The translations under genes and the position numbers were made by a program. From NCBI GenBank assembly GCA_025201805.1, contig MU619291.1:132471-185196 (forward strand): a DNA stretch of 52,726 bases, given 5' to 3'. Source of the DNA: Parasitella parasitica NRRL 2501 (Eukaryota; Fungi; Mucoromycota). Below the pieces are notes generated by a model, which did no database searches, was not told the DNA's origin, and saw only the letters and a program-made list of their open reading frames with translations. Below are positions 1 to 12,500 of the stretch, piece by piece. Each line of letters begins with the position of its first letter. The first letter of the stretch is position 1.

Positions 1-408
1 GAATTAGGAAGGTTTTCGACTTTTTTGCATTTTTAATTGAAGGAAATAAAATATTTTTATTTCTAAAAATATTTTTTTTAGTTATGATACTGTATATCAG
101 CAAGAAGCTATTGCTAGTGGCCGCCGCTCGAAAGGAGTTGGTAATTTTCCATTTGATTTTTTATGTATTGAAGTCGATTGAAACATACAGTAAATACATA
201 GAGAATATTATCATGTAAACAGTCGACTAGCTTATTGTGTCTAAGCCTTTGAAATAGGACTATTACATACCGTATTGTTATCCCAATACAGTGGCCGTAC
301 AGTTGAGGACAAGCAATGCTTGTCAATTGCAATCCCGCTTTCCTCTCAAATAAAAGCTCTCTTGCTCTGCATTATTCTGTTTCTTTTTTTCACACCAAAG
401 CTTTCAAT

Positions 409-1425
409 ATGGAGACTTCTCATTCAATATTAGAAGGCCCTTTACTGCAATCGCAACGAGAAACAACTCCAACACATACAGAAACTAGCACAGCTATCGA
501 ACAAGAACAACAAGAATCTCAAGACACTGCCCACGACTCTGAAAGTGGAGAAGCAGCTCTTAATGAATGCTCTAGAGACGATTTTGCTTTCACCGGAAAC
601 GAGCTTCGACAAAGAAATGTTATTCATAAAGAGGCAGTAAAATTAGTACCAACAAAAGCTACTACTACCACTGTTACAGACAACTACAAAGATGATGCCA
701 ATTATAATGGTGGAGGATTCTACGAATGCAATATATGGTGAGTTCAATGTGGAATCTTTGGATGCAATGTAGTTGACATCATTTTACCAAGTTTTGATAC
801 GGCTATTCATCCAGTGCTGACGCTCTGTGGACATTTGTTTTGGTAAGGTTCAATTGTCGAGGGCTTCTTTTCAGTGGCTGACTATATGGAAATAGTTGGT
901 CTTGCCTTGCTCAATGGTTGAATGCACAGTCAAGAAACCCTACGTGTCCCGTTTGTAAGGCAGGATGTGGTAAGGATAAGGTAATCCCAATTTACGGCCG
1001 TGGAAAAGAGGAGAAAGATCCAAGGTACAACACCGTTAACCACACAAGCGTTATATGGCATTTACATTAACCTATGGTTTAGAAACGATCCTTCAATTCC
1101 AACTAGACCAGCGGGACAAAGACCACCACCTATTCGTGATCCCAATAGACCAGCTACATCTTTTTTTGGACAACCGTTTAGCAATAATGCTTTCAATAGA
1201 GGTGGAATGTCTATATCTGCTGGTTTTGGGTTCTTTCCGTTGGGCGTGACATTTGTAAATGTAAGTTGGTTTGGGTTATTTGTGTGTGATTATACGCTCA
1301 AATTCGAAATCTAGAATATTCCAACAGGCTCTAATAATAATGCTCAATCACCTCAAGGCGCTTTTATGTCAAGACTAGTTATGATGCTATTGAGTTTATT
1401 AGTAATTGCCATTATTTTCGCATAA
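409..1425 (+). CDS. RNF5/RNF185-like C3HC4 RING E3 ubiquitin ligase with C-terminal membrane anchor (5 exons)
   Basis: Splicing at GT-AG introns (738-791, 843-895, ~1025-1082, ~1256-1314) gives [31 protein letters not shown]...TCPVCKAG...VIPIYGRG...DP...PTRPAGQR, the RNF5/RNF185 signature. The hydrophobic tail LVMMLLSLLVIAIIFA ends at TAA 1423-1425. Confidence 0.9.
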
Positions 1426-1853
1426 AAAAAAAAAAAGATATCTGTATTTCCGTTGAAAAAGTGTATTTGTCTGATCCTCTATAACGACATGGAGGTATTT
1501 TTGCATTGGTGGGCAAAGCTTCGCTTTTGATGACCGAAAAGCTTTAATATTACCGTGTTGTTTTCAAGAATAAAACTTTCCATCTTTTATTTCTCCTTTG
1601 ATTTTGTAATGAACAAAACGGCCGTGTCGACTAGATTAATCAGCCATCAGTGCCAATTTTATGTAAATTCAGTATAATGTGTTACGAGGGTCAATTGGAC
1701 GAATGTCTCTTGCAAAATGATTTTTATTGCTGTCTAATGGAGCGCAAATGTACGAAAATAAATGTTTTCTCTTTACAATAAGGCTTTCAAGCAATTTGCG
1801 TTTCTTTTAGAATTAACGCCATATATCCTTAGAATTCTCGCAATTAAATCATG

Positions 1854-3050
1854 TCAGTTTGCTGTTCCATCATAGCTATTAAGGCTGAGCTCTGCTTCGT
1901 CCACCTTCAAATGTCCATTCATCACACTTTGGCTCAGTTTTTGGGCTGCTGTCTTTTTGTGCTTTTTGCTCTTTTCTTTCTTTTGTGGCCTTACAACCGA
2001 GACAGGAACTGGTGAGTTATGAACTAGAAAAGTTGACATACTACCCATAAGCATCCTAGATGATAAGAATAGAAAAATAAGTTAGTTGCTATGCAACCTG
2101 AGTGTTTGTATCTGTCCTTGGTTTTACCCCTTAATTGCACCTCTATCTCGGGAACCACAAACCACCATTGTCAATTTTGGAGTAGAATAAATCTGGGGAT
2201 TTATATTAGCAAATATGTCTTCTACATGTCTCTGTATGGCTTACCAGATTCAACAAAGACTCTCTGGTTTTACCAGTTACCGAGTAGATGACAATCTTGA
2301 TATTGTAGAGCAACATTTCATCCATGATGGTTCTCACACGGGAGATCATAGTCTTCGATTTTCGGTCAAGTTCTCTCCAAAGTTTATATTTTTCATCGTC
2401 ATCCATATCCTCGACGTCGTCATCAATACTAATAGCGCTAGCCACATGAAGTTCATCGCCACTACGCAGCAGTGTGCCGATTCCCCACCTGAGAGCGTAC
2501 ATACTTTCTTCGCCTAAATCACACATCATCATATAGCGCTTTGGTTTGGCGGCTTTTCTCTCATGGGATATACCATAGTGAAACGTAACCTCAATATAGT
2601 CATCTCGGGTAACAAGAATGGGTGGATCAGAAAAGACTAGCTCTGGTGGTCTTCGGACCAACTTGTGCTTTGTGTGATGAGTTGGTGAAGGTGGTATCAT
2701 GGAGTCATCGAGATGAATTTGTCGATTGCTCTCTGTGATTTTGTACAGCTCGGGATCGCGTATAGCAAGATCATCCTCATAATCGTCCTCATCTCCATCA
2801 ACACCACCTTCTTCGTCTGACGAGGAACTATCGTCTTCAGGGTTGATTTGATTAGGATCAGGTTTTTGAACGATTACAGCTTCTTTTACTCTTCTGTCCT
2901 CTGCAGTGTCTCTATTCAAGTCTTGAATTTCCTGCGACAGCATGGCATCCAAGTCCCATGAAGTGCTGTTACTGACTGGTTTAGTCTGTTTAAATAGATG
3001 AATTTATGGTATTTTTGACGAGCAGCTAAATATCAAACCTTCAAGCTCAT
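1854..3050 (-). CDS. Universal stress protein (Usp) domain protein with acidic N-terminal region (4 exons)
   Basis: KRYMMMCDLGEESMYALRWGIGTLLRSGDELHV and the spliced C-terminus MVVCGSRDRGAIKG|MLMGSMSTFLVHNSPVPVSVVRP are Usp motifs. The probable first exon is MSLK (ATG at 3050), followed by an intron. Confidence 0.85.
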
Positions 3051-3338
3051 TTACGTATTGTAGAAGAAAAACAACAGTAGTCTTTTTTTGTTCCTGAGGT
3101 AGAATAAATCAGCTTTTTTAAACCAATGGTAATAGATGTCTTGTTTGTGAGCCATCTGTGAAACAGGTGAAAAAAAATAAATTTATTGTTCAAAACATAG
3201 TAAGATATACAAAGATTCTTTGTGATAATTTTGGGAATCTACCCTTTCTAAAACGAAAGGAAAAGACTTATAAATACAATGATACGGTTTGTGCGATGTA
3301 GATTATGTATGTAATTAGTTTTTATGATCAATATTCGC

Positions 3339-5414
3339 TCATTGGTGGACTTGCGAGACAATGGAAGGAATAACAGAGGGATCAGCCAAGGTAGAAGTGT
3401 CACCGAGTTGGCTGTGTTCGCCATTGACGATCTTGCGAAGAATACGGCGGACGATCTTGCCAGAGCGAGTCTTGGGGTGCTCACGAATAATGTGGATGCG
3501 CTTAGGAGCTGCGAAAGGGCCGATAATCTTACGGACACTCAGGACCAACTCGCGGTCAAGACCATCATTGACATTGACATGAGGCTTCAGACTAACAAAT
3601 GCATGGATAGCCTGACCGGTCAAATCATCATGAGCACCAACAACAGCCGATTCAGAAACAGAGTTGTGGCTGGCAAGAGCGGATTCAATCTCGGCGGTGG
3701 AAAGACGATGACCAGACACATTGATAACATCATCAACACGACCACGGATCCAGATATAGCCATCCTTATCAAGCGAAGCACCATCGCCAGTGAAGTAGAT
3801 GCCAGGATAAACCTTTAAATAGGTGTCAAGGAATCGAGTGTGGTTTTGGTAAATGGAGCGAGCCATAGATGGCCAGGGGCTTTTGATAGCCAACACGCCT
3901 GTCTCGTCGAAACTCTCAATCTTGGCACCAGTAGCAGGATCCAGCAAAATAGGTTGAATGCCAAAAAATGGAAGGGTAGCAGAGCCAGGCTTGGTAGGTG
4001 TACAACCAGGCAAAGGGCTGATAATGATGGATCCAGTCTCGGTTTGCCAGTAAGTATCAACAACGGCACAACGGCCCTTACCAACCTTTTCATTGTACCA
4101 ATTCCAAGCTTCAGGGTTGATCGGCTCACCAACAGAGCCAATAACTCGAAGGCTAGACAGGTCGCATTCGTCGACCCACTTGTCACCAAGACGCTGGAGA
4201 GCACGGATAGCGGTGGGAGCGGTGTAGAATTGAGTGACCTTGTGCTTGTCAATAAGCTCCCAGAAACGAGCTGGTGTGGGGTATGTAGGGGTGCTTTCAA
4301 ACAAGACGGTCGTGACACCGAGAGTAAGAGGGCCGTACAGGATGTATGTATGCCCAGTAACCCAACCAATGTCAGCCATACAAGCATAAATGTCGTCTGG
4401 ATGAACGTCAAAGATGTACTTTACAGTGGCTGCGGCGCCTAAAAGATAGCCCCCAGTAGTGTGAACAATACCTTTAGGAGCGCCAGTGGAGCCAGAGGTA
4501 TACAGCAGGAAAAGAGGGTCTTCAGCGCTCATTTTTTCATAGGGACAAACAGGGCGAGCCTTCGCCATCTCCTCATGCCACCAGAGATCACGGTTTTCGG
4601 TCATACATATGTCAGAACCTGTACGCTGATACACAATGACATGCTCCACTTGGTGCGCTTCCTCTTTGGCCAGAGCATTGTCCACAATAGATTTAGTAGC
4701 AATGTTGCGACCGCCACGACGACCTTCGTCCGATGTAATCACAATATGGGCCCCACAATCAGCTACACGATCCAAGAGAGATTCAGCAGAGAAACCAGCA
4801 AACACGACGGAATGGATGGCGCCGATACGGGCACAGGCCAGAATGGCAATCATGGTCTCTGGAATCATAGGCATATAGATGGCAACATTATCCCCCTTAC
4901 GAACACCGAGACCTCTGAGGACATTGGCCATACGGCAAACATCACGCAAAAGTTCACCGTAACTGATATAACGAACATTGGCGGGCTCATCGCCCTCGTG
5001 AATAATGGCAATCTTGTCAGGGTTCTTGAGAGCATGGCGATCGACAGCATTGTAGCAGGCATTTAACTCACCTTCCAAAAACCATGCAATGTCGCCGTCC
5101 TCAAACGATCCATGGCTGACAGTTTCAAAAGGTTTGTCCCAAGATAGGAGATCGCGAGCAAGCTATGAAAAATGACTGTTGATATCATCACCTTTTGACA
5201 ACAACACAACACATGTCCTTACATTGCCGAAAAATTTGTCGGGTTCTTCAACGCTTTCCTTCCACATGGAGCGGTATTGCTCCATAGAACTGACATGAGG
5301 AGTGATGCATTGCTTGCTGTCAAGTAGACGGCTGGGGACAGGATGGGTAGTGATCTCAGGCACGTTCTCTTGCAGTTGAGCAGCAGCAATGTTGTTCTCC
5401 GTCAAGTGAGGCAT
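3339..5414 (-). CDS. acs1: Acetyl-CoA synthetase (AMP-forming), 2 exons, ~671 aa
   Basis: Intron 5163-5222. Motifs: [22 protein letters not shown] (AMP-binding), [29 protein letters not shown] and [11 protein letters not shown]. Confidence 0.97.
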
Positions 5415-6218
5415 TTCGTCTTGCTGGATAATCAGAAAGAAAGGGAAGCAAAAGGGATACGGTTTTAAGCTAGTGGAAAGAATGGAGATCTAAATAAAAT
5501 TTTAGCCCTTTATTGATAATATTCTATTATCGCTCATATAGTTAAATCACCATCCTTTCAAACAAACCCAGTGGAAAGGTTTCAAATGTCAAGATCGAAA
5601 AACAAGGATAACACCAAGAAACATGCCAAATCCTGTTGCTCTGCGGTTTTCTACCTCGTACTTTGTTGTCATTTTGGTTTGCACATGCAAGTAGTGCCAT
5701 AGTTTGACAGGTAGATGCATAAACCTTTTTCCAAATTTACAGCTGCCTTCCCCCCATGTTGGGTGGGGATCATACATTCTGGCCGTGTCACAACAGCTTT
5801 CTATTTCGGGTGCAATGTATGTTTGTGTTCCTACTTCCGTACCAAATCATGGCACTTTTTTTTTTAGATAACCGTTCAACCTATTCAATTACAACGAAGC
5901 AGAGCAACTCGTCCAGTCGGAGGGCTTTTTTTGTCGGCTGCCATCTCTTTTTGGAAGAGGAAAGCTTTCTTAATTTGGTTTTCTCCCCGCGGCCGTAAAA
6001 GTTGCAAATCTAAACTTAATCTTCTGGTCAGTTCATCTTCCCCAAAGCTGCTAAAAATGCCTTGGATGTGCTCGCACTTTTCAAAATAGGGGATTCAAGA
6101 AATTGAAGACAATGCCAATAACAGTGCTCTGTTTTCCATATCTTCTTGTACAGAATTTTAACCTAAAATTATACGATTGGAATTTTTTTTTTTTTTTTGT
6201 TTCTCGAAAGGTCTATAC

Positions 6219-6445
6219 ATGATGGATTTCACTAACTAGTACAAGCCTGTTCTTGAATATTACCCTGAAGACGATGAAGATATGGATGGCAGAATGGACT
6301 TTGAAAAATCTAGCTTTCTAATACGGTGAAATAAGCAAATTAGTAGATATCGACACTGTACCAATTTGTGAGCAGATGGAAGTCGAACTGTAACTGGCCA
6401 TTATCTGAGTTTTTTGAGGGTTGTAACGGGTGAGGTATATGACTT
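6219..6445 (+). mobile_element. Decayed, internally deleted Tc1/mariner (IS630-like) transposase fragment
   Basis: ~6385-6445 reads RTVTGHYLSFLRVVTGEVYD, resembling the GTVTGHYLSFL...DEMD segment of Mucorales Tc1 transposases as I recall it. The upstream acidic stretch (YYPEDDEDMDGRMDFEK) is interrupted by stops. Confidence 0.55.
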
Positions 6446-6949
6446 TGGTTTAGACACTCGTTCAACAAAACGTAGAAGTGAAGGCCCTGATTTGAACCAC
6501 ATCGTGTACATCCTGGTGTGCCTTCGTTAGAAGAAGACCTGAGATCAACAGCACAGATAGCTTGGAGGCTATTTTGTTAGAGGGCTGGTGGAAGCCATGT
6601 GTTAAATACTGGCTTGATCTGGCAACATTAAACAGAGTTTACTGCTTCCTATCGATTCTGAATAGCAATATTTTATATACAATCTTTTAATGGTTTTTGA
6701 AAAAAAAAAAAAAAAAAAGGTCAAGTAAACGAGAAAGATCATGGTGATTATAATAATAAAGATTAGGGTTTCTGGTAACAAATTTTTTATTTCTGATAAA
6801 AGCTGCTTTGTTTTGTCCAAAGTGAAAATAAAAAAGAGAATATTTTGTAAAATAAGCTATCTTTAATTTCAAGGCAGTCTTCAAAAAAAAAAGTTACGGT
6901 TGTCTATTGACAAATATCTGTGGTTCCGGGTGTAAGTGTATCTGTTGAC

Positions 6950-7040
6950 TGTGGATCAAAAATCGTTAATTGGATTCAGGAACGGAGAGCAAGGTTGAAG
7001 ATAAACACATTTATATCCTTGGGATTTCACAAATTTCTAT
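6950..7040 (-). mobile_element. Tc1/mariner DDE_3 transposase relic (C-terminal catalytic motif)
   Basis: The reverse strand reads KFVKSQGYKCVYLQPCSPFLNPINDF*S, a decayed GYxCVYLPPYSPELNPIExFWS motif with the catalytic Glu lost and Trp changed to stop. Confidence 0.75.
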
Positions 7041-8996
7041 GCAGATGGTTGTTTCTAGGAATGAGTGTGATATCTTGGGCCAGATTGTTTCCTTTTCTCT
7101 GGCACTTTTTTATACCTTCAGTTGATCTGGCGTCTTCAAGTGTAGAAAGTCTTGTCAGACAAGTGCCAAACTGGGTTCTGTATATCCAATTGCACAGTAG
7201 AACAGCTATTCAAATCTGCGCCATCTTCTCCATAATATTGGAATGGTTCAAAAGTGTGCGTCTTTGTAAAGCTTTAGCGTCTGATTTTTTTTTTATCTAC
7301 GCGGACTTCAGTGTGTTATGGTCTGAAAAAAGACAAAAACTGTAAAAAAAAAAAATGTTAGCGATTTCGAACACAGAAAAAAATGTAATGCAAAGTAATA
7401 AATTGGACTATAAGGCACCTTTTGATTACATATTTGCAAAGCTCAGAGCAAGATTTTGTACTTTGTAAGTTGACATCAGATGAAGGTAGCAACTTTTATG
7501 ACTTTTTTAGAAGAATTATTTTTCAATATCGGAGCGTGGGATCGCCAGGCCAGGTACAGACATGAAAGTACTACCATTAGAAAGCCAAAAAGCACATCAT
7601 TAAATAAACGAGGTTGCAATTGTATTTCTCTTGGATTGGGTAATCTGCAGCTTCTCAAAGCTAATGCTTTCTTCAAAAAAACCACCATTTTTCTTTGATG
7701 GCGGAGATTAAACGCGTCCAAAATCAGGAAGAGAAAATTCTTTCAGAAACTCCATTTGGACATCTCGAAAACAAAATTACTCCTTTTAGGCAAGATATCA
7801 TCCTCTGATACTATGCATACCACGACTGTCAGTCTATGATAATAGCTGTATTTTTGGGCGCTCTACACGCTGGTATCATTTCATAATTCATCGTATGCTT
7901 ATGGAAAGAATTCTTCCCAAAAAACTCAAAAACAGATTAAGTGTAAAAAATCAACATTTTGCTTAATCAAAGCGCATTGCCAGCCCTTCAGATCATGGAG
8001 TGGTCTTTTACGATCATTTTCCTCCAATATATGTCATAGTAAAAAATTGCATTTTTGAGGTCAAAATCGAGGATAATGCATAATCGATGATTTTGGATGC
8101 GTGGATACAAGGAAAAAAATCGAAAAAATCCGTCATTTTGCATCGAAAAAAAAATCATGCCCAAATTGCACCAAAATCATATATAATATAGTCTTTTGCC
8201 AATGGATACTATTTCTGGTGTTTTCAGGACACTTTTGATTACAAAAATCACTCAGAAATGGTATACGAAGCTATAATTTTTGCTTTTAAGCTGTAAAAAC
8301 TATTTGTTTGGAGATGATATCACGTCAATATCAATTCCATTACATGACACAGATCTGGCACATCGAGTAGGAAGCAGAAGAGGATAATTAATGGATGCAA
8401 TATTTTGCTGCAATAAACCCTTGTTGTTTGTGAATAATCCATGAGTTGCTAATTACAAGTGACAGAGAAGCCCTATTACCGTTGTTGCCTATAATAATGC
8501 TTAATGCCAGTTCAAGAGCTCCTCTTTTTGTGAGTCTAATGCTAATCGTGTAAAATAGAAAGCAAAATAGAGGTTAGGATTGGGATTGAGGGTAATTTTA
8601 AAAGTTAAGCTTCATAATAAGTTTCTGGTAGAAGGTTCCAGGATCCAGGCACTATACTGTAGAGTATCAAACTCTGAATAGCGGATAATTCGCTATACCA
8701 ACCACATTTTCTATGCCAACCCGTCCGTTATAAAGAGTCCCGACTGTATATTCTTTCCTTGATATTGGATGTGCAGACTCTACTCAACAGATGTAGCACA
8801 AAATGAAAATGTGAAGTTATAAAAATAGAGATTGCCATTTCCTTGAATATGATATGACTCTTGAAAAGAAATATACTTTAAAGAAAAAAAAAAAAAAATG
8901 AAATGGTTGGTTTAAACTTAGATTCAGAAATAAACTGCCATCGTGAAAATGCATAATTTGACGGGTTCGTACAATTAAACGCTTTATTAGTCTGCA

Positions 8997-9036
8997 GTTT
9001 GATAGTTTGATAGGTTGATAGGTTGATAGTTTGACA
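8997..9036 (+). repeat. 8-bp tandem repeat G(T/G)TTGATA x5
   Basis: GTTTGATA GTTTGATA GGTTGATA GGTTGATA GTTTGACA read directly from the sequence. Confidence 0.85.
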
Positions 9037-9536
9037 TTTTAAAGGTTTTTTAATTTAATTATTTTTTAGTTTATGTACCTATGCATTTATATAGACTTTT
9101 CTAAATATTTGAGCTTATTTAGATGTCTAATTTCTAACAAATATAGCTGAAATAATTTATCAACATTTAAACTTTATGCAATTCAAAAGATTTCGTATTG
9201 TGGCCCGTTAATGATTGTTCACTTTCAAGTTTTGGAGTACATATCAATAGTTTTGATAAAGAATTATCATTGTATTAAAAAATGGGAAAACAAACAAACC
9301 AAAAGCCATTCATTTAAACATAACGAGTGCTCCTGCACAATAACTGTTTGATCAAAAATAATTAAAGCGTCGCAATTTCGCATTTAATTATAAATTGATA
9401 TTGAAACAAGGAACAAACAGCAGCAGTACAAAAGCCACTATCATATCGATGATCATACCGAGTTAAATTATATAGGTCTCAAAGAACACACGCTTATAAT
9501 CTCATACTGCATTCACTATTGATCTATTTTATATAT

Positions 9537-12500
9537 TCAATTGTACTGTTGAAGTGCGCTGTAATGTTGGATTTGGCTCATCCACTGACGCTTTTGAGCA
9601 GCAGTTGAAGTTTTAACAGCAATCACTTGATTACCCGAAACAATTTGAAATGATAAATCATCTATGTTCAATACTTGGTTTAGCACAATATATGGAGACA
9701 GCGTGCTTTTTGCTTACCAGAATTATTGCCAAAGGACGTTTTCAGAGTTATTGTTGTTTGCTGACGAACGCTGATACTCTCAATGGGAAATGGCTGCATG
9801 TGATGTCCAATTAGTATAACATACTTGCAGTTCAAATTATATCCACAAACCTCTCGGTACAAGGTGTAAAGATACCCTTTTGAACTCAAAGTTTTCAAAG
9901 GTTCTGCTAATAATAAAATGTCGTTGAATAAAAACCCGTGCAACTTTCTGCCACTCTTTGCTTTGTAAAGCGCTCCGTCCATAATGAATTCGCGGCCTGC
10001 AATATCAAGTCTCTACATGTGTACACAGGCAAATCAGCTTTCCAACGATCTTATCCGTCCGATTATTATGTTCACTTACGCCAGTTACCTCCATGTCTAT
10101 GATTCGAGACAGTTCAGACATTTTCTGTATATTCTCAAATCGTCTAGTTTCTTCGTTCACGTCTTCAAGTACTTTTTGAGCAATTGATAGTGCAGATTTG
10201 ACGAGAGCATGGTCAGGATGCTTTTTAGGGGTACAATTCAAGATCTGTTTGTAGCGAGAGGGTTAGTCTCTACGACTGAAGAAACACAGTATAGAATGCA
10301 ATTACTTGGCGAAGAAGGAGGGGGTATCTTGTAATGCGCTGCACAGGTTCTAGCAAAAAATGAGAAAGGTCCAACGAACGACATTCAGGTCTAGTTTGTG
10401 CAGTCTTCGATAAAAAAAAAAGAGAGGTGGGAATTAATTGACCATGTATACACATTCAGTGTAAAGTACCTTTAAAAACACTTCAAACCACTGATCATTC
10501 TCTCTTTTCTTTTGCAGAAACTTCGTAGCATAAGATTGGTTCCTGCAGTATGTAGAATAGCACTGCAAGTTATCGGCCTATCAACAGTTTATTAATATCA
10601 GCCCACAGCAGCAAACACGCGACTTACATGTTTCAAAAAGACATCGCCAATATTATCGATTACATTTGCCTGCTCTCGCTGTCTTGTTTCCAAATCACTC
10701 AAAAGTGTAGTATTACAGATTAACAAATCGTCAATGTTTGAAAACACAACATCTCGCTCATCTTGTGTCAAGTACTTTCCAGAATCTGTGTAAAATACCT
10801 ACATTTGACATCAAATTAATTACATTTGTAACACTTGGGCGGTTGAGACTTACGTTGATAATCATCTGAAGATCACACAGATAACTCCTTTCGGTTGAAA
10901 TAAGCTCAAATATGGCTTCTTGCCGTTTACGTTCGTCCGCTGGTATAGCGTTCAATTCAATTTCATCCATAATTCTAGCCCATGAAAGTAGCTCCAGATT
11001 CTCAGACATGTTTCCGCTGTGCGGAAGAAGCAATTGAGGCGTACCGACGAGGCTATTGTTGGCAGTACTCACAGAACTCGCTGCTCTTCGACGTTTAGTT
11101 AACTCTGCCTTGCTGGCGCCCAGACTGGCCTTTTTCATCATGGGTGTGTTGGGTGCAGATAATCCTCGAGATAAATGGGTGTCTGAAACTGCCAAGTGGT
11201 TATTTTTACAGGTATATACATTAGTGGTTGATTTACTGGGTATAGGGATGGTTTTAGTATACGCTGATAAAGTAGCATCAGCGTGAGGTTTGCGGTTTGA
11301 AGCTAAAATACATGCTACACGTTTAGCTTTTTGACTTATCTCGCCAGAGCAAACTTTACCAGAGTCGATCTTTTCAACATATGTTTTTGGAAAATATCCG
11401 CTTTCCTTGGTATCTTCGTTTGTGCCATACCACCAATCGCTGCTCTCATCTTGGAAGGGTTGGACCACAATCACCTCATTCTCGTAAAAGCCTAAATCAT
11501 CAGCGCGATTTTTGGTGAATTCATACAATGTCTTTACATGGAAGGCTGGCACAGAACATTGAATAACACAGTAAAACTACACAGTTGCGTATAAACATAC
11601 CTTCTTCCACGACTTCTACATATGTGCGAGGAAAAAAGCCAACAGAGTTGGTGGATAATGATGTTCCATACCACCAATCACTGCCTTTGTCCTTTGAGGG
11701 ATGTGCTTTGAGTGTCTCGTTGGCAGAGAAAGATAAATCATCCTCTCGGATTCCCTGGTACTCGTATAATGTCTTGACTCGATAGACTTGAGAACGCACA
11801 GTTAGCCTTTTTTTTTTTTTTTTTGGATCAACCAGCCTCTATTACTTACTAATGCTGAAATTCACCTCATCTTCCACATCGATGCCATAGCCACTGTTTC
11901 CTGCAGTTGTGCTGTTCGAATTTGTAAAAGATGCAGTTGTAGCCGACGCAGAGTCAGCGGCAGCGGCAGCGGCTTTCTCTTGCTCCTGCAATCTCTTCTC
12001 CTCCTCGAGCTTCTGTTCTTCTAGTTTCTTTTCCTCTAAAAATTGCTCTTTTCGTCGTTTCATTCTTAGCTCATTTTCCAATTGAGCACGCCGTCTGTCC
12101 TCTTCTTCAAGACGCTGTTTCTTTTGCAATCTTGCTTCTTCCTCCTCCTCTAAGCGCTTTCTGGCGTTAGCAGCTTCTTGTTCCTTTTCTTTGATATGTC
12201 TCTCTTCTTCCAAGCGTTTCTGGCGCTCAGCCTCTTCCCACAATCTCTGTCTATTAATCTCTTCTTGTCTCGCGGCTTCGATTTCCCTCTCTTGACGTTC
12301 GATTTCCATGCGGCGCAGGCGTTTTTCTCGAGCTGCCTGTTCTGCAGCCTCTCGAGCTTTGTTTTGGAGGAGTTCCTCCACTACTCTCTCTTCTTCTTCT
12401 CTCCTCTTTCTTTCCTCTGCCTCTTTCCTCAGTCTTTCTTCTCTTTCTAAACAAAGCCTCTGTTTTTCTGCTTCAAGCTCGAGCCGTTGTTTCTCTGCCA

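Noticed and set aside
3324-5066. Long plus-strand ORFs (164, 200 and 201 aa) opposite ACS
   Set aside because: These are antisense shadows of a codon-biased gene with no recognisable motifs. The same applies to shadow ORFs over the RhoGEF, DUF3712, Spf1 and Lap2 genes.
5740-6000. CreA-type SYGGRG sites in the ACS promoter (GTGGGG ~5763, CCCCGC ~5985)
   Set aside because: They are biologically plausible, but 6-bp degenerate motifs cannot be supported from sequence alone.
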